The translations under genes and the position numbers were made by a program. The notes beneath the pieces were generated by a model, which had not been told where the DNA came from, did not search any database, and was given only the letters and a program-made list of their open reading frames with translations. A DNA stretch of 53,011 bases, filler included, from Squatina squatina (taxonomy: Eukaryota): assembly GCA_031763465.1 (NCBI GenBank). It is 3 parts of 3 records of this genome, joined end to end, with 100 filler letters (N's around TTAATTAATTAA, not from the genome) between each part and the next. Parts side by side here need not be neighbours in the genome. Positions count along the whole stretch, not along the records: positions 15,139 to 36,195 come from JARFOE010000233.1; positions 36,296 to 53,011 come from JARFOE010000149.1; 1 more part is not named here. One strand, 5' to 3'. Below, piece after piece: positions 34,416 through 46,844 of the stretch (its first letter is position 1; every line of letters begins with the position of its first letter).

Positions 34416-36239
34416 GCACTCCACTAGATTAACTTTAATGAATTAATAAAATAAAGGGTTTTTTTTTAGCCAAAAGCACAGGCACATTCTTTGTTGCTGT
34501 CACCCACCTTCTCAGCAGAAAACAATCATGTGATATACACAGTGGTGCTCTGCATGTGTGGAGGGGGCGCATGCATTGGCATTTTCTGAAAGCAGACCTA
34601 TACCTAACCATTTATACTGGCAAATATTCAGGTATTTGCAATGGACCGAAAATGGTCCAATTCAGGTCACTTCACATTGGCCTACATCCATACTACTGTG
34701 GTTCAGAATACTACTGAAGTGTTTATTTTCTCCAACTGTAGTTATTGTTGGCCAAACAAAAGTGACACTGCAGTTTTGCTTCTGGAGATCTTAATACACA
34801 GAACTATTTATTAGCAATTGCTTATATATTCTTTCACCATAGTGGGAATTCTGACTGCATTTTATTTAATCTAAAAGAATGTCATTAATACCATAATTTT
34901 ACAAAGCTGAAATTAATACTTCGTTGCTTTACTCTTAGTGAATACAGTTGAGGTCCAACATGAAAGACACATCAAACACTGGCTACTGGACATAAATCAA
35001 CTGCTACTACAAGCAAGCTGGTTTTCATTCTATTTGATGATTATTTATTTCACATGTAAAGAATAGAAGTGGTGTAAGCGCCCAGCTGTTGTTGCTTAGG
35101 CCCTACATTGTCAAAGACAGCAAAAGGCCTATTTCTTCCCTACATGCAAGTGCACCATGACTTCCTGCTGCTTATTAACACTGCTGGAATATATCCAAGT
35201 TTAAACTTTGCGCAAAGCCATACAATGGTTTTTTTGTTAATGTGAAGGCCATTTCAACCTACCCTGCTTACTTGCCCCATTCCTAGAAAACCACAAACTG
35301 ATTTCTTATGCCACTCTCTACATGTGCTTTTCTACTGTCATTTTGTAAAAGTCAAAAGCCAAGCACTTTAGCTGCTCTACCATCTAGATTTAGTCCCTCT
35401 AGTTATTAATATGTTTAATGATATGGGCCATAACATNNNNNNNNNNNNNNNNNNNNNNNNNNNNNNNNNNNNNNNNNNNNNNNNNNNNNNNNNNNNNNNN
35501 NNNNNNNNNNNNNNNNNNNNNNNNNNNNNNNNNNNNAGCTGAAGCAAATAAGGTATTGGGCTACATTGATAGCATTATCAATTACAAAATGAAGCATAAC
35601 CTTTTGTGCTTGTACAAGACACTGGCTAGGCCTGATTTAAAACAGTGTATCCTGTGTAGCTTGCCTACAAACAGAATTCTCTGCCTGGTGTTCAGAAATG
35701 TGCAGTTCAGATGTGGAAATCCAGTTGAAAGACTACATTTTTTTCAGTACATGCAGCGAAATTTTGCCTCCTTTCTGCTTGAAGGCAGACTTTATTATGG
35801 GCAGTTTTCCCAGTAAAAATAGTTCCAGGTGGGACACATTATGCAGAAGACCGAGCTCCAAAAAGCTGTTATGACAAAGTACCTACAGTAATGGGACTAT
35901 TATTCACTGGAGCCTTGCTTACAATGATGGTAATAGGCAAGCAGAAAAAAAGCCTCTGTATGTGAGACAAATTGCTATGCTTCCAAATTGGAGATGGTAG
36001 TAAAGAACCCACAGCACAAAATTACATAGAATATACAGCACAGAACCAGGCCATTCAGCCCAACATACTGGCATTTATGCCCTCATCCTTCCTCATCTAA
36101 CTCCATCAGCATAACCCTTTATTCCTTTCTCCCTCATGTGCTTATTTAGCTTCCCCTTAAATACATCTATACTATTTGCCTCAACCACTCCATGTNNNNN
36201 NNNNNNNNNNNNNNNNNNNNNNNNNNNNNNNNNNNNNNN

Positions 36240-36251
36240 TTAATTAATTAA
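36240..36251. other. Artificial scaffold-concatenation linker TTAATTAATTAA
   Basis: Same N44-12mer-N44 construct as at 15083. Confidence 0.95.
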
Positions 36252-36295
36252 NNNNNNNNNNNNNNNNNNNNNNNNNNNNNNNNNNNNNNNNNNNN

Positions 36296-37160
36296 AAAGT
36301 GAGGAGATAACAGTAGACCTCAGGAGGACATAAAAAGACTGTTGAAATGGGCAGACACATGGCAGATGAAATTTAATGCAGTGAAGTATGAAGTGATGCA
36401 TTTTGGAAGGAATAATGTGGAAAGGCACTATAAACTAAATGCTATAATTTAATGGGAGTGCAGGAACAGAGAGACCTGAGGGTTTACACACAAATCTTTG
36501 AAGGTGGCAGGACAAGTTGATAAGGCTGTTAAAAAGGCATATGGGATCATTGCCTCTATAAATAGCGATAGAGTGCAAAAGGAAGGAAGTTATGCTCAAC
36601 CTTTATAAACCACTGGTTAGGCCTCAGCTGCAGTATTATGCCCAATTCTGGGTTTCATTTTAGGAAGGATGTCAAGGCCTTGGAGAGGGTGAAGGGGAGA
36701 TTTACTTGAATGGTACCATGGATCAGGGAGTTCATGTAGAGAGTCCAGAGAAGCTGGGATTGATCTCCTTAGAGCAGAGATGATTAAGAGACTATTTAAT
36801 GGAGGTGTTCAAAATGATGAGGGATTTTGATAAGTAAATCTGGAGAAATTGTTTTCACTGGCAGAAGGTTCCATAACCAGAGTACACAGATTTAAGGTAA
36901 TTAGCAAAAGAACCAGAGGGGAGATGAGGAGAATTTTGTTTTAATGCAGCGAGTTGTTGTGATCTGGAAGGCACTGCCTGAATGGGTGGGGGAAGCAGAT
37001 TCAACAGTAATTTTCAAAAGGCAATTGGATAAATTCTTGAATGGAAAAAATTTGCAAGGACTATGGGGAAAGAGCAGGGGATTGGGATTAATTGGTTAGC
37101 TCTTTCAAAGACCAGCACAGACACAATGGGCTGAATGGCCTCCTTCTGTGCTGTATCTAT
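36296..37160 (+). mobile_element. CR1/HER1 LINE, 3' about 870 bp
   Basis: WADTWQMKFNA.KYEVMHFG, LYKPLVRPQLQYY and KLGLISLEQR motifs, then the 3' UTR ending GGGCTGAATGGCCTCCTTCTGTGCTGTA. Confidence 0.92.
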
Positions 37161-37949
37161 GCAATGTCCAGAAGTATTCTCATTTTATTTTGAAAATACC
37201 AAGCAAAAGTGATGCTGGAAAAATACATTTTATAATATTGGTCGTCTGCAATGTTTTGTTTAAGAAATACTTTTGCCTTCATCATTTGGTCCTGGCAAAA
37301 AAACACCTGTTATATACAGACGTTCATTAGCGGCGTAGATTCCACAGCAGAAATAATGGACTTTGCTTGGTGTGTGAGTTAGAGATAGATTGCTTCTTCC
37401 TCCAGTCGTCACTGAATTGTTAACATCTCCAGTGGATCTAAGGTTGTCTCCATATTCTGATCCTTCGATCTATTGGGCTACCCATACTCCTAATATTCCA
37501 CAACTAGAAAGAAAATAAAGAAAGNNNNNNNNNNNNNNNNNNNNNNNNNNNNNNNNNNNNNNNNNNNNNNNNNNNNNNNNNNNNNNNNNNNNNNNNNNNN
37601 NNNNNNNNNNNNNNNNNNNNNNNNTTCCTGTGGAGGCCCAAGAACGGAAGTTTTCGCAGCCCCGGACGACCAGGTACTTGCGTAGAAATCTTTCCAGTCG
37701 GGGCCTCCGCACGCAGGAAGCCTTTCGGGCCATTATGATGTAACCATTTAAATTGAGCTTTATCACTGGAAGAACTTGAGGCTGTTCAGTTTTATACTGT
37801 TAAAGACCACAACAAAATCCAGCTTCTAATCGAATAATCATAGGGTGCTTATATTTTACTATTAGGTTAATATCATAATTTTTCAACAAAAATGCTGAGC
37901 CATATAGCAAGAGCTGAATTTGAGAACAATAACATGAAAATATACAAAC

Positions 37950-38096
37950 CTGGGAAGGTACACTTTTTGGTGGCTCTATTCGGATTGATGGGTCCCACTC
38001 CCCAGGAGGCAATACAGTCACCTGATCAAGAAATTCATCAATCCCAGCAAGCAGGTCACTGCGATCCTTGGCTTTGTAGGCAACATCATGGAAAAT
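37950..38096 (-). CDS. SLC4A7: SLC4 Na+-coupled bicarbonate transporter exon (147 bp), best match SLC4A7/NBCn1
   Basis: ccatttcag acceptor and GTTTGT donor. Encodes [49 protein letters not shown]. The family call is firm; KSVPSQ (KNVPSQ in SLC4A8 and SLC4A10, as recalled) favours SLC4A7. Confidence 0.8.
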
Positions 38097-38463
38097 CTGA
38101 AATGGAGGCAGAGCAATTATTTTTCTAATTAGTTTGATAAAGTTTAACACAAATACCATCTTTGAATGCCACTTGAGAAGATGTCCATTACTAAGGATTA
38201 GTAATCCTGTGGGTTTCATGGTCTATGGCTTCTGATGGGACCACACACTAATTAGCTATATTCAAAAGAGTTAGATGTGGCCCTTACGGGGGGGGTATGG
38301 AGAGAAAGCAGGTACGGGGTACTGAGTTAAATGATCAGCCATGATCATACTGAATGGCAGTGCNNNNNNNNNNNNNNNNNNNNNNNNNNNNNNNNNNNNN
38401 NNNNNNNNNNNNNNNNNNNNNNNNNNNNNNNNNNNNNNNNNNNNNNNNNNNNNNNNNNNNNNN

Positions 38464-40037
38464 GTTGATGGTGTGGGATTCGATGATGGTAGTGTCATTG
38501 AATGTCAAGGGGATATGGCTAGAATCTCGCATGTTAGAGAAAGTCATTGCCTGGCACTTTGGTGGCGCGAATGTTACTTGCCACTTATCAGCCCAATGAA
38601 TGTCATCCAGGTCTTGCTGCATGAGGGCATGGACTGATTCATTATCTGAGGAGTTGTGAATGGAACTGAAAACTGTACAATCATCAGTGAACATCCTCAC
38701 TTCTGACCTTATGATGGAGGTAAGTTCATTGATGAAGCAGCTGAAGATGGTTGGGACTCGGACACTGCCCTGAGGAACTCCTGTAGCGATGTCCGGGGGC
38801 TGAGATGATTGGCCTCCAACAACTACAATCACCCTCCTTTGTGCTAGGTATGACTCCAGCCAGTGGAGAGTTTTCACCCTGATTCCCAATGACTTCAATT
38901 TTACGAGGGCCTCTTGATGCCACACTCATTCAAATGCTGCCTTGATGTCCAGGGCAGTCACTCGCACCTCATCTCTGGAATTCAGCTCTTTTGTCCATGT
39001 TTGGACCAAGGCTGGAATGAAGTCTGGAGCCGAGTGGTCCTGGAGGAAATCAAACTGCGCATCAGTGAGCAAGTTCTTGCTAACTCTCACTTGAAAGCAT
39101 TCCATCACTTTGCTGATGATTAAGAGTAGACTGATGGGGTGGTAATTGGCCAGATTGGATTTGTCCTGCTTTTTATGGATGGGACAAACCTGGACAGTTT
39201 CACAAATTGGCGGATAGATGCCAGTGTTGTACCTGTGCTGGAACAACTTGGCTAGAGGCACGGCTAGTTCTGGAGCACAAGTCTTCAGCACGGCAGCTGG
39301 GATGTCGTCAGAGCCCATAGCTTTTGCGGTATCCAGTATGCTCTGCCGTTTCCTGATATCATGTGGAGTGAATCAAATTGGCTGAAGACTGGCTTCTGTG
39401 CTGGTGGGGACCTCAGGAGGAGGCCGAGATGGATCATCCACTCAGCACTTCTGGCTGAAGATGGTTGCAAATGCTTTTAGCCTTGTCTTTTGCATTCATA
39501 TGCTGAGCTCCACCATCATTGATGATGGGAATATTCATGGAGCCTCCTCCTCCCATGAGTTGTATAATTGTCCACCACCATTCATTACTGGATGTGGCAG
39601 GACTGCAGAGCTTTGAACTGATGTGTTAGTTGTGGGATAGCTTAGCTCTGTCTACAGCATGCTGTTTCTGCTGTTTATCATGCATTGCAGCTTCCTCAAG
39701 TTGACACCTCATTTTTAGGTGCTGCTTCTGGCATGCTCTTCTGCACTCCTTGGTAAACCAGGGTTGGTCCCCTGGATTGATGATTGTAGAGTGAGGGATA
39801 TGATGGGCAGATCACAGGTTACAGATTGTGGTGGAATATAATTCTGCTGCTGATGATGACCCATAGTGCCTCATGGCTGCTCAGTTTTGAGCTGCTCAAT
39901 CTGTTTTGAATCTATCCCATTTAGCGCGGTGATAGTGTCACACTACATGATGGAAGGTGTCTCCAGTGTGAAGGAGGTACTTCATCTCCACAAGAACTGT
40001 GCAGTGGTCAGTGCTACCAATTTTGTCATGGACAGAT
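38464..40037 (-). mobile_element. CR1/L2-group LINE ORF2 (endonuclease end plus RT), frameshifted
   Basis: DDIPAAVLKTCAPELAVPLAKLF...NYHPISLLLIISKVME...ALDIKAAF; GVPQGSV..PTIFSCFINEL...MFTDDCTV. Confidence 0.92.
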
Positions 40038-40673
40038 NNNNNNNNNNNNNNNNNNNNNNNNNNNNNNNNNNNNNNNNNNNNNNNNNNNNNNNNNNNNNNN
40101 NNNNNNNNNNNNNNNNNNNNNNNNNNNNNNNNNNNNNCTTCTTGCTCTTCCTCCACTGCCTGGGCAGGTTGCAGATCTTTGGCATCTGGTGAGGCTCCAA
40201 AAATGTCCTACAACTGACAGAGGAGCCCAGTTTGCACAATTAAGCAGCCTCCCGCCAGAATCAGGAGCGCATGCTGCATGCCCATTGCCAGGGCCAGCTG
40301 CAAATTGCATCAGCTGGGCCTTGGGCATCAGTGAGGTAGTCAGGTGCCCGACTACCCTCCACTTTCAAATGTTAGCGACCCATTTTTCAGAGCAAGAAAT
40401 TGGCGGCTGACAGTTGAAAATCGCTCCCCTCCTTGCATCCGCAGAGCGATCAAGGGGACAGAAAGCCTAAGGGAGCAGTAATTGAGTTTAAAGTACTCCT
40501 TCATTTCTGTGTTAAAATATAAATATAACAACATTTATTAACTTAATTTTTATCGTGTTGTTTCAGGCTCGTTGAAAGATTTGAACTCACTGATTTAGCT
40601 GCAACAAACATAAACAAGCAGGTTCTGACAATGAATTCGTCTCATCTTGGCAATATCGATCATCTCTAGAGTG

Positions 40674-40851
40674 AAATAAAAACAGAAAATTTTGGAAATG
40701 TTCAGCAGGTCAGGCAGCATCTGTGAAGAGAGAAACAAAGTTACATTTCAAATCAATGACCCTTCATCAGAACTAGAAAAGTTAGAGATGTAACAGGTTT
40801 TTAAGCAAGTGCAAGGGCAGGGAAAGGGGGTAGGGGAGGAAAGAACAAAGG
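40674..40851 (-). mobile_element. Penelope-like element terminal repeat (pseudo-LTR) fragment
   Basis: Direct repeat of 41571-41750, lying next to a GIY-YIG fragment. Confidence 0.8.
40738..40774 (-). ncRNA. Minimal type I hammerhead ribozyme motif
   Basis: Minus strand reads AGTT-CTGATGA-AGGGTCATTGATTT-GAAA-TGT-AACT: both core boxes, a stem II hairpin with G-U pairs, and AGTT/AACT stem I. One nucleotide is missing near the cleavage site compared with the other copies. Confidence 0.55.
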
Positions 40852-40967
40852 GCCATCTTGCCTCCCGGGAAATTCAGCTGTGGCGTAAAGGCCTTTACAC
40901 CTGGCCAGCTGAATTTCACAGCGGGTCACGCATGACATTATCAAAACGATGACGGTGATCATCATCA

Positions 40968-41176
40968 TCATCCTAAGAGGCCAAAGACGGAGAGATCAGA
41001 GTGGGAGTGGAGCGGAGAATTAAAGTGACAGGCAACTGGAAGCTCAGGGTCACGCTTACGGACTGAATAGAGGTGTTTTGCAAAGTTGTCACCCAGCCTG
41101 CATTTGGTCTTCCCAATGTAGAGGAGACCACATCGTGAGCAGCGAATACAGCATACTAAATTGAAAGAAGTACAAG
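40968..41176 (-). mobile_element. Penelope-like element GIY-YIG endonuclease fragment
   Basis: TCTSFNLVCCIRCSRCGLLYIGKTKCRLGDNFAKHLYSVRKRDPELPVACHFNSPLHS has the CxxC between the GIY and YIG motifs and the two His typical of PLEs. Confidence 0.92.
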
Positions 41177-41570
41177 TTTTTTTTTTCTCTTTTTTTTCTC
41201 TCCTTTTCTCTCTTTGTTTTTCTCCCATTTACACCTATCTAGATGTAATGTGCTTCGTAATGTTGCCATTATCATCTCTGATTGCCTTGCATCATTTCTT
41301 AATCTCTTCTGCCTTCCAGACAATCACACTATTATGTTACCCTTTGTCCTACCCTCTCCCCTNNNNNNNNNNNNNNNNNNNNNNNNNNNNNNNNNNNNNN
41401 NNNNNNNNNNNNNNNNNNNNNNNNNNNNNNNNNNNNNNNNNNNNNNNNNNNNNNNNNNNNNNTATGAGAATATTATGTTTGCACAACAGTTGTAACACCG
41501 GCACGGACATGATGGGCCAAATGGCCCCCTTCTGTGCTGTATCTTTTCTATGGTTCAATGGTAAACTATT

Positions 41571-41965
41571 ATAAATAAAACAGAAAATGTTAGAAACCCT
41601 CAGCAGGTCAGGCAGCATCTGTGAAGAGAGAAACAGAGTTAACACTTCAGGTCAATGACCTTTCATCAGAACCGGAAAATATTAGAGATGTAACAGGTTG
41701 TAAGTAAGTACAGTAGCGGGGAAAAGGGGGGTGGGAGGAAAAAAGCAAAGGGGAAGGTCTGTGATAGGGCAGGAGAGATTGAATGGCAAAAGGGATGATG
41801 GTACAAGGCAAAAGGGTAATGGGACAAGTAAAGAAACATAAGATGGGCCCATAGAGGTGTAAATGGAAATAGCAGAACCATCAACAGCTGCCGTCTGAAA
41901 AAATGTGGGCCGAGGTTATGATCTGAAATTGTTGAACTCAATGTTGAATCGGGAAGGCTGTAAAG
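41571..41965 (-). mobile_element. Penelope-like element 3' end (ORF C-terminus, 3' UTR, terminal repeat)
   Basis: Minus strand TLQPSRFNIEFNNFRS*, then a pyrimidine-rich UTR and the terminal repeat. Confidence 0.85.
41637..41673 (-). ncRNA. Minimal type I hammerhead ribozyme motif, GAAA mutated to GAAG
   Basis: Minus strand reads GGTT-CTGATGA-AAGGTCATTGACCT-GAAG-TGTT-AACT. Confidence 0.5.
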
Positions 41966-43349
41966 TGAACTGTTGTAAACTAATAGTTGTAAACTATCAT
42001 TTTCAGCTATGCGTGGTGGTAGCTAAGCTCAACAACTATTACAAAAATTTATATTGTATTACTGCTACAATTCACTTGTTACATTACTATTGCATGATTT
42101 AGGCAGTTAAAGTCTGAATCAAAGTCTGGTGTTGTATTCCCTGTTCAATCCCTGGACATGCTGTGAATTTACCTGGCGACCTGGGTGTGAAAATGCTTTA
42201 TGGAACATGGGGAGCTAAAGCTTTTCCATAAGTTATGGAAGCCAGAAAAACATTTGGACATTAAAATGGTAAAGAATATCAAAAACATAAAAAGGAGTTC
42301 CAGAGTGTAGGAACTAGATGGCTGAAAGCTCTGCTGCCAAGTGAGAAATGCCAGTGGGGGGCAGGGCAGTGCTGGGATGCTCAGGAAGCTGGGATTGGAG
42401 TACTGGAACATATGGCTGGAGGAAGTTGCAGAGGTTGGGTGGAACAAGGTCATGAAGGGATTTCTACAGTGGGATAATGAACAGGAAAAAAGAAAAACTT
42501 ACNNNNNNNNNNNNNNNNNNNNNNNNNNNNNNNNNNNNNNNNNNNNNNNNNNNNNNNNNNNNNNNNNNNNNNNNNNNNNNNNNNNNNNNNNNNNNNNNNN
42601 NNCTGTGATTCAGTTAAGCTTGCCACAGACTCCCCAGATTCCTCCCCTATGATCCTCGCCACGCCCCTCTCCATCCGTGACAACTCTGTGACATCTACGT
42701 TGCCTTCATCTCTCCTCCACGCTCATTGCAAAGCTGCCGGTTTTGCCTGCCGAAAGAAGGAGAAATGAAATATTGCATCAGCAGCTCTCCCACGGTCTTA
42801 GGACTATGCAGTTGAACAAGGAAGAAAGCTCCCAATGTGGCTGCCATTGTTACAGTGTTACAAGCCTTACACTCACCTTCACAATCCGCGTGAGATCATT
42901 AAACTTCTTGCGCTATTGAAAGCCTGTTCTTGTTGCTACATCCGTCGCAGAGACTTCATTGACCACTTCCCTCCAGGTCCTCTTTATGATCTTGGCACTT
43001 CTCCTTTTCCCTCCTATTGGGAAGACCCTTGCTGCCCTCAGCTCCACCGCGTTCACAAGTACTTATGGCTGAAGAGATCAAGGGATATGGGGAAAAAGCA
43101 GGAACAGCATACTGAAATTGGATGATCAGCCATGATCATATTTAATGGTGGAGCAGGCACGAAGGGCCAAATGGCCTACTTCTGCTCCTATTTTCTNNNN
43201 NNNNNNNNNNNNNNNNNNNNNNNNNNNNNNNNNNNNNNNNNNNNNNNNNNNNNNNNNNNNNNNNNNNNNNNNNNNNNNNNNNNNNNNNNNNNNNNNCTGA
43301 TATATTTTGTGACTAATGGATTTACTTAGTTTGTTAACTGATGTATTTT

Positions 43350-43625
43350 TTGATGGTGCTCCCATGAACCTGCTGCTCTTGCCGTTTTAGGTGGTAGAGG
43401 TTGCGGAATTGGGAGTTGTTGTCGAAGAAACCTTGGTGGGATTCTGCAGACACTCTCACCTAACCTCTGGAATTCAGCTCTTCTGTCCATGTTTGGACCA
43501 AGGCTGTAATGGTCCTGGTGGAAGCCAAGCTGAGCATCAGTGAGCAGGTTATTGGTGAGTGCCATTTGATAGCATTGTTGACGGCTCCCTCCAACACTTT
43601 GCTGATGATTGAGAGTCGGTTAATA
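43350..43625 (-). mobile_element. Internally deleted copy of the LINE family seen at 905-1230 and 38464-40037
   Basis: LSIISKVLEGAVNNAIK...TALVQTWTEELNSRG is joined directly to 3'-end sequence. Confidence 0.75.
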
Positions 43626-44069
43626 GAACTATAATTCATTTGAAGAATAGCCCTGGGTTTGTTCTGGAGACTTGGAGATTGGATTGAAATGGCAAGCACC
43701 TTGTCAATGGAGATTCCCCTTCAGAGTGCATCAGTCACTATTTTGAAGAGCGAGTCTGTGACTCATTCACAGCTCTAGCCACATGTGAATAAGAGCCAGG
43801 CAGTGATAGTGAGTGCAGCAGAAGCGGGACGGGGAATGAGGAGTGTGGGTGCAAACATTCTGGGTCTTGTCACCCTTCGCTAGTGTAGTGAGTTGGCTTC
43901 AGATGTGGTGATGACATCAGGACTTAACCNNNNNNNNNNNNNNNNNNNNNNNNNNNNNNNNNNNNNNNNNNNNNNNNNNNNNNNNNNNNNNNNNNNNNNN
44001 NNNNNNNNNNNNNNNNNNNNNNNNNNNNNATTGGTCGGGTTAATAATGATTAAGAAGAAAGCCGCAGAA

Positions 44070-44910
44070 AGATATCAATGGACAGGTGGACAGAACAGTG
44101 GCAAATGGAATTCAATCTGGAAAATTAATTCATTTGGGGAGGGCTAACAAGGCAAGGGAATATACAATAAATGGCAGAGCACTGAAGTGCTGAGGAACAG
44201 AGGGACCTTGGCGTGCATGTCCACAGATTCCTGAAGGTAGCAGAAGAGGTGGATAAGGTGGTTAAGGTGGCATATGGAATACTTGCCTTTATTAGCCGGG
44301 GCATAGAATAAAGAGCATGGAGGTTATGCTTGAACTGTATACAACGCTAGTTAGGCCACAGATAGATACTGTGTGCAGTTCTGGTCACTGCATTATAGGA
44401 AAAATCTAATGGCACTAGAGAGGGTACAGAGGAGATTTACGAGAATGTTGCCTGGACTGGAGAATTTTAGCTATGAGGAAAGACTGGATAAGCTGGGGCT
44501 GTTTTCGCTGGAGCAGAGGAGGCGGAGGGGAGACCAAATTGAGGTGTATAAAATTATGAGGCAGAGAAAGAGTGGATAGGAAGGACCTCTTCCCCCCCCT
44601 TGCCAAGGGAGTCAACAACCAGGAGGCATAGATTTCGGCGAAGAGGTGGGNNNNNNNNNNGCTTCCAGGGGAAAATCCTTTCATGCAGGAGGTGGTAAGG
44701 GGATCGGGAACTCACTGCCCAAAAAGGGTGGTAGAGGCAGAAACCCTAATAACGTTTAAAAAGTACGTGGATGTGCACCTGAAGTGCTGTGTAGTACAAG
44801 GCTACGGACCAGGAGCCGGAAAGCGGGATTGGGCTGGATAGCTTTGTCGGCTGGCGCGGACACAATGGGCTGAATGACCTCCTTCCTAGGTATAAATTTC
44901 TAATGATTTC
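44070..44910 (+). mobile_element. CR1/HER1 LINE 3' portion
   Basis: QFWSLHYRKNLMALERVQRRFTRMLPGLENFSYEERLDKLGLFSLEQRRRRGDQIEVYKIMR, followed by the 3' UTR. Confidence 0.92.
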
Positions 44911-46410
44911 AATCAACCTCTGAGGCCCAGAATGGGAACAATTTAAGTGTTCAATCTCATTCCTGCAGGTTGATATATGTTGTTGAGATTTTTTTTAAAT
45001 GTCAAGTTTTTAATGTTTTTCTTTTTCTCTCTCTCTTAATCCAATCTTTCTTTCCCCTTTATTTCTCCTACTGCACCAGATTTGACCAATTCACCCTCCT
45101 TCCCCCTCATTCCTCAAACTGGTTAAGGAGATACATTGCTGGTCCCATCATTTACTGAGGTCCCAGATGCCCCTTTGCCCTCGCCGTACCATCAGCTCAC
45201 ACTTCAGGCAAATTGCANNNNNNNNNNNNNNNNNNNNNNNNNNNNNNNNNNNNNNNNNNNNNNNNNNNNNNNNNNNNNNNNNNNNNNNNNNNNNNNNNNN
45301 NNNNNNNNNNNNNNNNNGGTAGTGCTATATGGTGAGTGTTCCATAGATTGCCTGTTAAATGCCCCGCCCGGTATTCCAATCCACTGAAGTCATTTATTAC
45401 ATTTACCCATTCGAGGAGATAAGTGCGACTACTGAAGCAAGTAGAATTTGCTTCGACTGTTACTCTGTACGGTCACTTAATGTCAGTGAAATAAAGGAGC
45501 TTAACATATCAAGTCTTCTCTTACTAATTGTTTCTTAGTCCATCTTCGAAAAGACTGGAGAAGCGCACACATGTGAAAGACAAGATATCCAATTCAGTTA
45601 CGCCCTTCGGTTATACTATCATATAATTAGATATTGGACAATACAGACATACTCTCCTGAACATAGGGTATTTGGACTGCTTGTAGGAATGATCCACATT
45701 ACTGTACATCAGAGAATATCGAAGGCAGACCTGAGTCTTCTAACATAAATTGCCCCTTTAATTTTCTAAGTGCTATTATGGACACCTACTGGTTTAGGAA
45801 AGGTATTATTAATATGTTTAGTAATAAACAGAACTTTAATGGCATCAAGCAAATAGCTTAGCATATTGTCAAACTATTATGGTTTATCATTTAGTATAAT
45901 GATGCTTTGGTAGGTCACAGGGGTATGGGTAGTAAACACAGACTTCTTTATTAGTAAGATGGTATTTAAATTTGCAAGTGTCATTTAAAATTCCTTATAG
46001 TTAACCTACTTTGTAAGAATAATACTACAACCTACTGTAATATGTTCTCTTCAGTGATATAATCCACTCTTGAATTCCCAGATTACTGATAATATAACTT
46101 TTAAACTCATAATGGAAAAGTTGCACTTTTGCAAATTTTTTAAATCTAATTTTAACAATTCTAGTTTTTCTAAAATTTTGCTAAAGTCAACAGAATGTTA
46201 TTTTTCACAGATCCATTACTGATTTTCAATATTTTCCAAGAAACCAACTTGTTGTTCACAAGGAAATAGTCTGTCAAAGGTCTTGTTTGTGACATAGAAT
46301 GTGTCATAAAAAGTGGAGAGTCTAGAGAAGCTGGAATCACTCTCCTTAGTGCCAAGAAGTTTAAGAGATTCAATGTAGATCTTCAAAATTCTGAGGGGCT
46401 TTGATAGAGT

Positions 46411-46844
46411 AAAGAAAGACTTGCATTTATATAGCATCTTTCACAACATCACAAAGCACTTTACAACCAATGAAGTATTTTTGAAGTGTCGTCACTGTTG
46501 TAATATAGGCACATGGCAGATAATTTACACACAGCAAGACCCCACAAACAACAATGAAATAAGTGGCCAGATAATCTGTTTTTAGTGATTTTGGTTGACA
46601 GATAAATATTAGTCAGAATAACAGGGAGAACTCCCCTGCTCTTCCAAATTGCGCCATGGGATCTTTTACATCTATATAAGAGGGCAAATGGGGCCCCAGT
46701 TTAATGCCCCACCAAAAAGATGGTACCTCCAGCAGTGCAGCACTTCCTCAGTGTCAACCTAGATTTTGTGCTTAAGTCCCCAGAGTGGGACTTGAGCCCA
46801 CAGCCTCTAACTTAGAGTGTTACCAACTGAGCCACAGCTGACAC
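46411..46844 (-). mobile_element. Deu-SINE (SacSINE1-like), near full length
   Basis: Minus strand has a tRNA-like head (GTGTCAGCTGTGGCTCAGTTGGTAAC...GGGCTCAAGTCCCACTC), a central domain, and the tail GCTATATAAATGCAAGTCTTTCTTT. Homologous to 48003-48398. Confidence 0.88.

Noticed and set aside
37330-37524. Strong minus-strand acceptor (ctttctttattttctttctag) downstream of the SLC4 exon
   Set aside because: All three frames stop early and none gives the expected next exon (EKRK...).
42491-42502. Minus-strand donor-like GTAAGT exactly at a contig edge
   Set aside because: It might mark an SLC4 exon hidden in the gap, but no exon sequence is visible to test this.
42603-43060. C-rich stretch with a 96-aa ORF (42835-43125)
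   Set aside because: No recognisable domain or splice structure, and the ORF ends inside a CR1 tail; probably an unclassified repeat.
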